From an uncultured virus (IMG/VR IMGVR_UViG_3300020037_002893) (Duplodnaviria > Heunggongvirae > Uroviricota > Caudoviricetes), in the IMG/VR virus record IMGVR_UViG_3300020037_002893: a stretch of 20,000 nt of DNA. The stretch is one strand, 5' to 3'. Positions 15,759 through 20,000 of this stretch are shown one piece after another. The notes below the pieces were generated by a model that did not search any database, was not told the DNA's origin, and saw only the letters and a list, made by a program, of their open reading frames with translations. The translations under genes were made by a program, and so were the position numbers. Numbering within the stretch: the first letter of the stretch is position 1; every line of letters begins with the position of its first letter.

Positions 15759-16466
15759 TTACTTCGTCCCGTAAATGTGTTTGTTCCAACCTCCTGGGCC
15801 TGATGCCTTCCATCTCCTGGTAAGCTTGGACCCGTCACCGATCAACTCAAGGTCACCGCCAAGGAAGAGGAAGTTGGCTCCGTCCTTCATCTTTGGTCTT
15901 GCCCTCGACTGAGGGGGGTCTTCGATCTTACCAATTTTGGTAAAGTCCCGAAGCTCCGAAGCGGATCTCCCGCGAATCCAGACCTCCTCGTAAACGAAGT
16001 TGGGGGCGAGATAGCTTTCAATGCCCCGGAAATCGTCATCCTTCTCTGCTCCTTCCTCCGGGGATTCCCAACCAACGAGTTTTCCCTTGTCATCGAATAG
16101 GGCATGGAACTGAGCAGCCCACTGGGCAAATTCGGGTGCCGTCTCAATCGGCTCTGAGTTGGTTGCCGTCGTGCATTTGTAGGTCTTCTCATCCGTGTCC
16201 GGTGGAACCCCCTGGAACGTGATCGAGATGTCGCAATAGTCTGCCTCTGATCTTGTGATCTTGGCGGACGTTCTTACCAGCCAAGTAAACGCTGGATGCC
16301 TCTTGAGTCCTGCCACCTTGTTGACCACCTCTGCGTAACTGCCGAAGCGGGTTCCGAAGTTGATCGTAGACCCAGCTACACCCCAGCGGTCAAACTCGAT
16401 CTCAAGAGCGGCTTGTTCAACCAAAGTGGTAAACGGATTTCCATTCCATTGAACTCTTGCTGCCAT
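15759..16466 (-). CDS. Probable distal-tail / baseplate protein, 235 aa
   Basis: First gene after the tape measure gene; function inferred from position only. Confidence 0.7.
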   Translation of the reverse strand: MAARVQWNGNPFTTLVEQAALEIEFDRWGVAGSTINFGTRFGSYAEVVNKVAGLKRHPAFTWLVRTSAKITRSEADYCDISITFQGVPPDTDEKTYKCTTATNSEPIETAPEFAQWAAQFHALFDDKGKLVGWESPEEGAEKDDDFRGIESYLAPNFVYEEVWIRGRSASELRDFTKIGKIEDPPQSRARPKMKDGANFLFLGGDLELIGDGSKLTRRWKASGPGGWNKHIYGTK

Positions 16467-16469
16467 AAT

Positions 16470-16487
16470 TTTGAAAACGTTTGCAAA
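16470..16487. promoter_or_regulatory. 18-bp near-palindrome, copy 6 (opposite orientation)
   Basis: TTTGAAAACGTTTGCAAA, 3 nt upstream of ATG 16466. Confidence 0.8.
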
Positions 16488-16503
16488 CTTTTTTTACTAA
16501 GCC

Positions 16504-18807
16504 TTATGCGCCAGCCGCAACGATTGACACAGGGAAGGCACCTGTTGATGGGGCTGATCCTCCGTTGACGATAGCTCCCAACATTTGCTTGAGAGTCTCA
16601 TGGATACCAAGGAGCGTGTTCAGCTCTGGAGACACCGCAGAGGCTCCACCGGAGAGAGGTCCACTCGTAGACGATGAGGCAAGAGCGGCAGCAGAACCTC
16701 CCGCCAAGGCCGAGGCTCCGGACGCGAATGCCGCTCCATCGAAGAATCCTCCTCCACCGCCAATGGATCGCATGGAGTCTGCAATCGCTTTCTCCATCTC
16801 ATCCACTACTGCCTTACCTCCCTTGTCCCCTGCGTCTGCCATAGCTCCCTTCACAGGGCCAGTCAGGTCGGGCTTGGATTTCTCCATGCTGTCCGGCAAG
16901 TTCTTTTCAACTAAGCTGGCGAACTCCCCTTGAGCGGCACTGAGGTCGATCACGTCTGCTGGCGCGAAGTTCTTGAACGCCTCCACGGTGGGGTCAACCA
17001 GGTTATCCATCGCAACGGCCCCGAGACTTCCAAAGCCCTCAGTAACGGATGCCACTCCCATATCGACCATCTTCTTCCCAACGTCTGTGGCTCCTATAAA
17101 CATGCCGGAAAGTCCCGCCTTCGACACTGCCACCGCCTTGTCAAAAGTCTTGGGAATGTCAACCACCACGTTAGACCCCGCGTGCGCGGCAGCCTGTAGC
17201 TTCTTGACCTGCTCAATCATTCCATCCACGCTGATGCCCGGAATACTGTTCACGGCTTCAAGGATAGTGGATGCCGCCTGGGCAGCGAAGCCAACGAGAG
17301 TGGAGCCTGATCGAACAAAAGCGGCAAAGAGAACATCTCCCATGGTGGAGAACCCGCCCATCACATTGGCCAAAAGTGGAAGCAGCCCCTCTCCGAGGCT
17401 TACCGCGAACTGCATGGCAATTCCTCCCAGAATCATGCCAAGCCCGGAGAAGGATTCCCATAGACCACCCCAGAACGCGGGGCTGGTTATGATGTTGAAC
17501 CCCCCAACGATACGCTTCACGAATAGATCCCCAATCAGGGACAAGCCTCCTGCAAGGTAGTTTATTGCTGTCCCTGCCCCGATCTTCAGGGAGGACGTGA
17601 AGAGTGCTCCGATGTCTCCCGAAGCAAACGCATTCGAGATAGTTTTCAACACCATATCGACTTTCTTGACCCCCTCTGTCGTGGCCCTCACAATGTCCTT
17701 GAAAAGGTTTCCCACGCCAGCGTCGCCCACACCAAGGACAAGTTCCTCGAAGGCGGATTCAAGCTCTGCCAGAGCGCCCGGAAGATTATCCGTCATTGTC
17801 TTGGCCATGTCTCCGGCCCGACCTTGGGATTTCTCCATCGCGGTGGTAAGACCCTCAAGCCCCTTCTCTCCAGAAAGGTTATTTATGAGGGACAGAACAA
17901 CATCCAGATTAGCTGCCCCGAACATCTTGGCCAAGTCCTGCGTGGACATTCCCTTCAAGGCTGAGAGAGCGCCCTTCAAGCCGTGAAGTTCCGGGTTCAC
18001 GTCTGACACTGTTCTGCCCATATTCTGCAATGCCTTGGCTCCCTCTTTGTTGGGATTGATAAGCATTCCGAGAACAGCAGAAAGTCCACGACCAGCGAGC
18101 CCGGCCTTGATACCATTATTGCTAAGGATACCGACTGCTGCGGATGACTCCTCAAGGGAGATTCCAAGAGCGGCAGACAGGGGGGCCGCATACTTCATTG
18201 CCTCCCCCATTTCGGTAACATTCGTGTTGGCTTTTGAGGCGATGTTTGCCAGCACGTCAACAACACGTCCAGTCTCATCCGCACGCATACCAAAGCCTCC
18301 CAGCACGTTGGACGCAATATCGGCAGAGGCTCCAAGCTCCAGTCCTCCTGCTTGGGCGAGCTGTAGCGTGCCCTCCAGAGCTGACACGCTCTCCTCTGCG
18401 GTAAAGCCAGCCATGCCGAGGTAAGTCATGCCCTCAGCTGCCTGGGAAGCTGAGAACGTGGTGGCTGCTCCCAGTCTTCGAGCCTCCGCCGTCATCGTCT
18501 TGAACTGTTCCTCGTTGGCTCCCGTAATGGCCTTGACCTTGGACATCGACTGCTCAAATCCCCCAATAAGTTTCCCGGCCCCAACCACTCCCCGAATCGC
18601 TCCTTGGAGAGTGAGGTATCCGGCAACCAATCCAGTGGCACTCTTGAGAAGTCCTCCCATGCCGGAGGTTATTCCTCCCATGGACGATGCCGAGTTCTTG
18701 GCGGTATTGGTAAACGAGTTAATCGCCCCGCTCGCTTGATTCATTACCGCAGGGACATTTCCAATGTCGGCGCGTAGATGAATGGGGATTGTGTTATCTG
18801 AGGCCAT
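16504..18807 (-). CDS. Tail tape measure protein, TP901 family
   Basis: FEQSMSKVKAITGA, LGAATTFSASQAAEGMTYLGMAGF, NTNVTEMGEAMKYAAP and related motifs; A/G-rich helical body. Confidence 0.95.
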   Translation of the reverse strand: MASDNTIPIHLRADIGNVPAVMNQASGAINSFTNTAKNSASSMGGITSGMGGLLKSATGLVAGYLTLQGAIRGVVGAGKLIGGFEQSMSKVKAITGANEEQFKTMTAEARRLGAATTFSASQAAEGMTYLGMAGFTAEESVSALEGTLQLAQAGGLELGASADIASNVLGGFGMRADETGRVVDVLANIASKANTNVTEMGEAMKYAAPLSAALGISLEESSAAVGILSNNGIKAGLAGRGLSAVLGMLINPNKEGAKALQNMGRTVSDVNPELHGLKGALSALKGMSTQDLAKMFGAANLDVVLSLINNLSGEKGLEGLTTAMEKSQGRAGDMAKTMTDNLPGALAELESAFEELVLGVGDAGVGNLFKDIVRATTEGVKKVDMVLKTISNAFASGDIGALFTSSLKIGAGTAINYLAGGLSLIGDLFVKRIVGGFNIITSPAFWGGLWESFSGLGMILGGIAMQFAVSLGEGLLPLLANVMGGFSTMGDVLFAAFVRSGSTLVGFAAQAASTILEAVNSIPGISVDGMIEQVKKLQAAAHAGSNVVVDIPKTFDKAVAVSKAGLSGMFIGATDVGKKMVDMGVASVTEGFGSLGAVAMDNLVDPTVEAFKNFAPADVIDLSAAQGEFASLVEKNLPDSMEKSKPDLTGPVKGAMADAGDKGGKAVVDEMEKAIADSMRSIGGGGGFFDGAAFASGASALAGGSAAALASSSTSGPLSGGASAVSPELNTLLGIHETLKQMLGAIVNGGSAPSTGAFPVSIVAAGA

Positions 18808-19024
18808 CTGCTTCGAGCTGTGTCAATAGGTTTACCATTTCACTGTCCCCCGCACCGCTCTTCCACCGTCTTACATTTATCCCTTCCATCAAGTAATATG
18901 TGTTCTCAAGGTCGAAAAGAAGCACGACTGGCATGTTGAAGAATATGTCCTGCAAACTGTGACCGGACTGTCTCTGCGCGATAGCCATCACGGTGGTCAA
19001 CCATGATGGCCTGACCCGTTTCCC
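18794..19024 (-). CDS. -1 frameshift extension of the tail assembly chaperone (gpT-like)
   Basis: After G GGA AAC the -1 frame reads ..RVRPSWLTTVMAIAQRQ..ADGLR*, and its end overlaps the tape measure start. Confidence 0.8.
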   Translation of the reverse strand, partial: GKRVRPSWLTTVMAIAQRQSGHSLQDIFFNMPVVLLFDLENTYYLMEGINVRRWKSGAGDSEMVNLLTQLEADGLR

Positions 19025-19656
19025 CCCTTCTTGGCTCCCTTCTCTGGCACCGGAACAACCTTCGTAATCTGGGCTTCCTGAATGGCATTGGAGATTCCCC
19101 TGCTGAGTTCCTCGTAACGATCCATGGCCACGCCATCGCCGAACTCGTAAGCGGCTTGGCGAAGTGCCTGCACAGGCCCATAGGCAAGTTCCATCGCCTT
19201 CTCAGGGGACGTATCCTCCGAGAGAAGGAGGAGCGCAACCATCGTATCAAGAAACGGATTCTGGAGCTGCTGAGCTTCTTTGATTGCCAGCGTGTTCAGC
19301 CTGACGTAATCCTCCATCTCCCTGGCATTCCTGGACTCCAGCTTGCTCAATTCCATCAGACGCTTTCTCTCATCAGAGGTAAGCAACGGAACGAAAACAA
19401 GGTAAGCAGAGTTGACCTGCCGAAGAAGGGCGAAGGCGGATAGCCGAATGGGGCGAAGGCGAAAGCCGCAGACAACAGGGCCGCACCCCATAAGGGCGTC
19501 CATCACTGCCTTCTCTCTGCGTTGCTCAGAGAGTCCATCATCCTCGAAGGCTTGAGTATCCTCGTTCGAGTCCTCCGTGTGCTTACCAACATGGAAAATC
19601 CCAAGCTCTGAGCTGTGGGATTCCTCTTTCGTGTGAACTACCTTCGGGTTGGCCAT
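18997..19656 (-). CDS. Tail assembly chaperone (gpG-like), 219 aa
   Basis: Lies upstream of the tape measure gene and has the slippery site at its 3' end. Confidence 0.8.
   Translation of the reverse strand: MANPKVVHTKEESHSSELGIFHVGKHTEDSNEDTQAFEDDGLSEQRREKAVMDALMGCGPVVCGFRLRPIRLSAFALLRQVNSAYLVFVPLLTSDERKRLMELSKLESRNAREMEDYVRLNTLAIKEAQQLQNPFLDTMVALLLLSEDTSPEKAMELAYGPVQALRQAAYEFGDGVAMDRYEELSRGISNAIQEAQITKVVPVPEKGAKKGGNGSGHHG
19018..19024 (-). other. Programmed -1 ribosomal frameshift heptamer G GGA AAC
   Basis: In-frame X XXY YYZ a few codons before the chaperone stop, analogous to lambda G GGA AAG. Confidence 0.85.
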
Positions 19657-19681
19657 AGTCGTATCTCTTTCTTGGTTAGGT

Positions 19682-20000
19682 TTACAGTCGTTTCATCCCA
19701 CGGTTTACCGCTCCCCTGTGTCGTGGAGATCCTTCCCGCACAAGGACGGTCGCCGGAGTTCCATCATCCGAGTAGCTGCGGAACGCAAGGAAGGGGACGG
19801 GGTCCACTTCTTTCATGTGGTGCTGCATCTGTTCCCAGGTCTTGAGAGCGGCCAAGGCAAAGGAGAACGGGTGAAGGGGATTCGCATTGATAAACTCAAT
19901 GTCCTCCTTGTAAGCCCCGATGCACTCATGGGCAGTTACCTCCCCATCCTGATCCGATGGGTAGAAGTGAAACGTCCAGATGTCCTTCCCTTCCTTCGTG
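19682..20000 (-). CDS. Hypothetical protein, 3' part only (..TKEGKDIWTFHFYPS..NPLHPFSFAL..GMKRL*)
   Basis: Manual translation; open from 19999 to TAA at 19682-19684. Confidence 0.75.
   Translation of the reverse strand, partial: TKEGKDIWTFHFYPSDQDGEVTAHECIGAYKEDIEFINANPLHPFSFALAALKTWEQMQHHMKEVDPVPFLAFRSYSDDGTPATVLVREGSPRHRGAVNRGMKRL

Noticed and set aside
937..16487. CRISPR array or parS sites
   Set aside because: Copies are kilobases apart with no spacer periodicity, and the sequence differs from the parS consensus TGTTTCACGTGAAACA.
18906..19250. 114-aa ORF as the frameshift partner of the chaperone
   Set aside because: It is not the -1 frame reached from G GGA AAC; it is an Arg-rich shadow ORF.
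38..19845. Plus-strand ORFs in the track (for example 1211-1900, 4845-5636, 11639-12412, 16481-16933)
   Set aside because: They are antisense shadows of well-supported minus-strand genes and show no recognisable motifs.

Overview
A tailed-phage (siphovirus-type) tail and lysis region with every credible gene on the minus strand. Read from 20000 to 1, it holds a truncated hypothetical gene and a tail assembly chaperone with a lambda G/G-T-type -1 frameshift (G GGA AAC). Next come a TP901-type tape measure protein, three minor tail proteins (one very Thr-rich) and a GT2-like glycosyltransferase. These are followed by a mosaic ~1370-aa tail fibre, a 140-codon fibre-coupled gene broken by two in-frame stops, a holin, an endolysin, two papain-fold cysteine hydrolases and small lipoprotein/membrane genes. 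The most unusual feature is non-coding. A ~220-300 bp cassette (bidirectional terminator, A-tract block, conserved-loop hairpin, TTTAC(C/G)-N17-TAATCT sigma70-type promoter) occurs three times, each driving different small orphan ORFs. An 18-bp near-palindrome (TTTGAAAACGTTTGCAAA) occurs six times at the boundaries between functional modules. All alignments and translations were done by eye; protein calls rest on motif recognition, not database searches.
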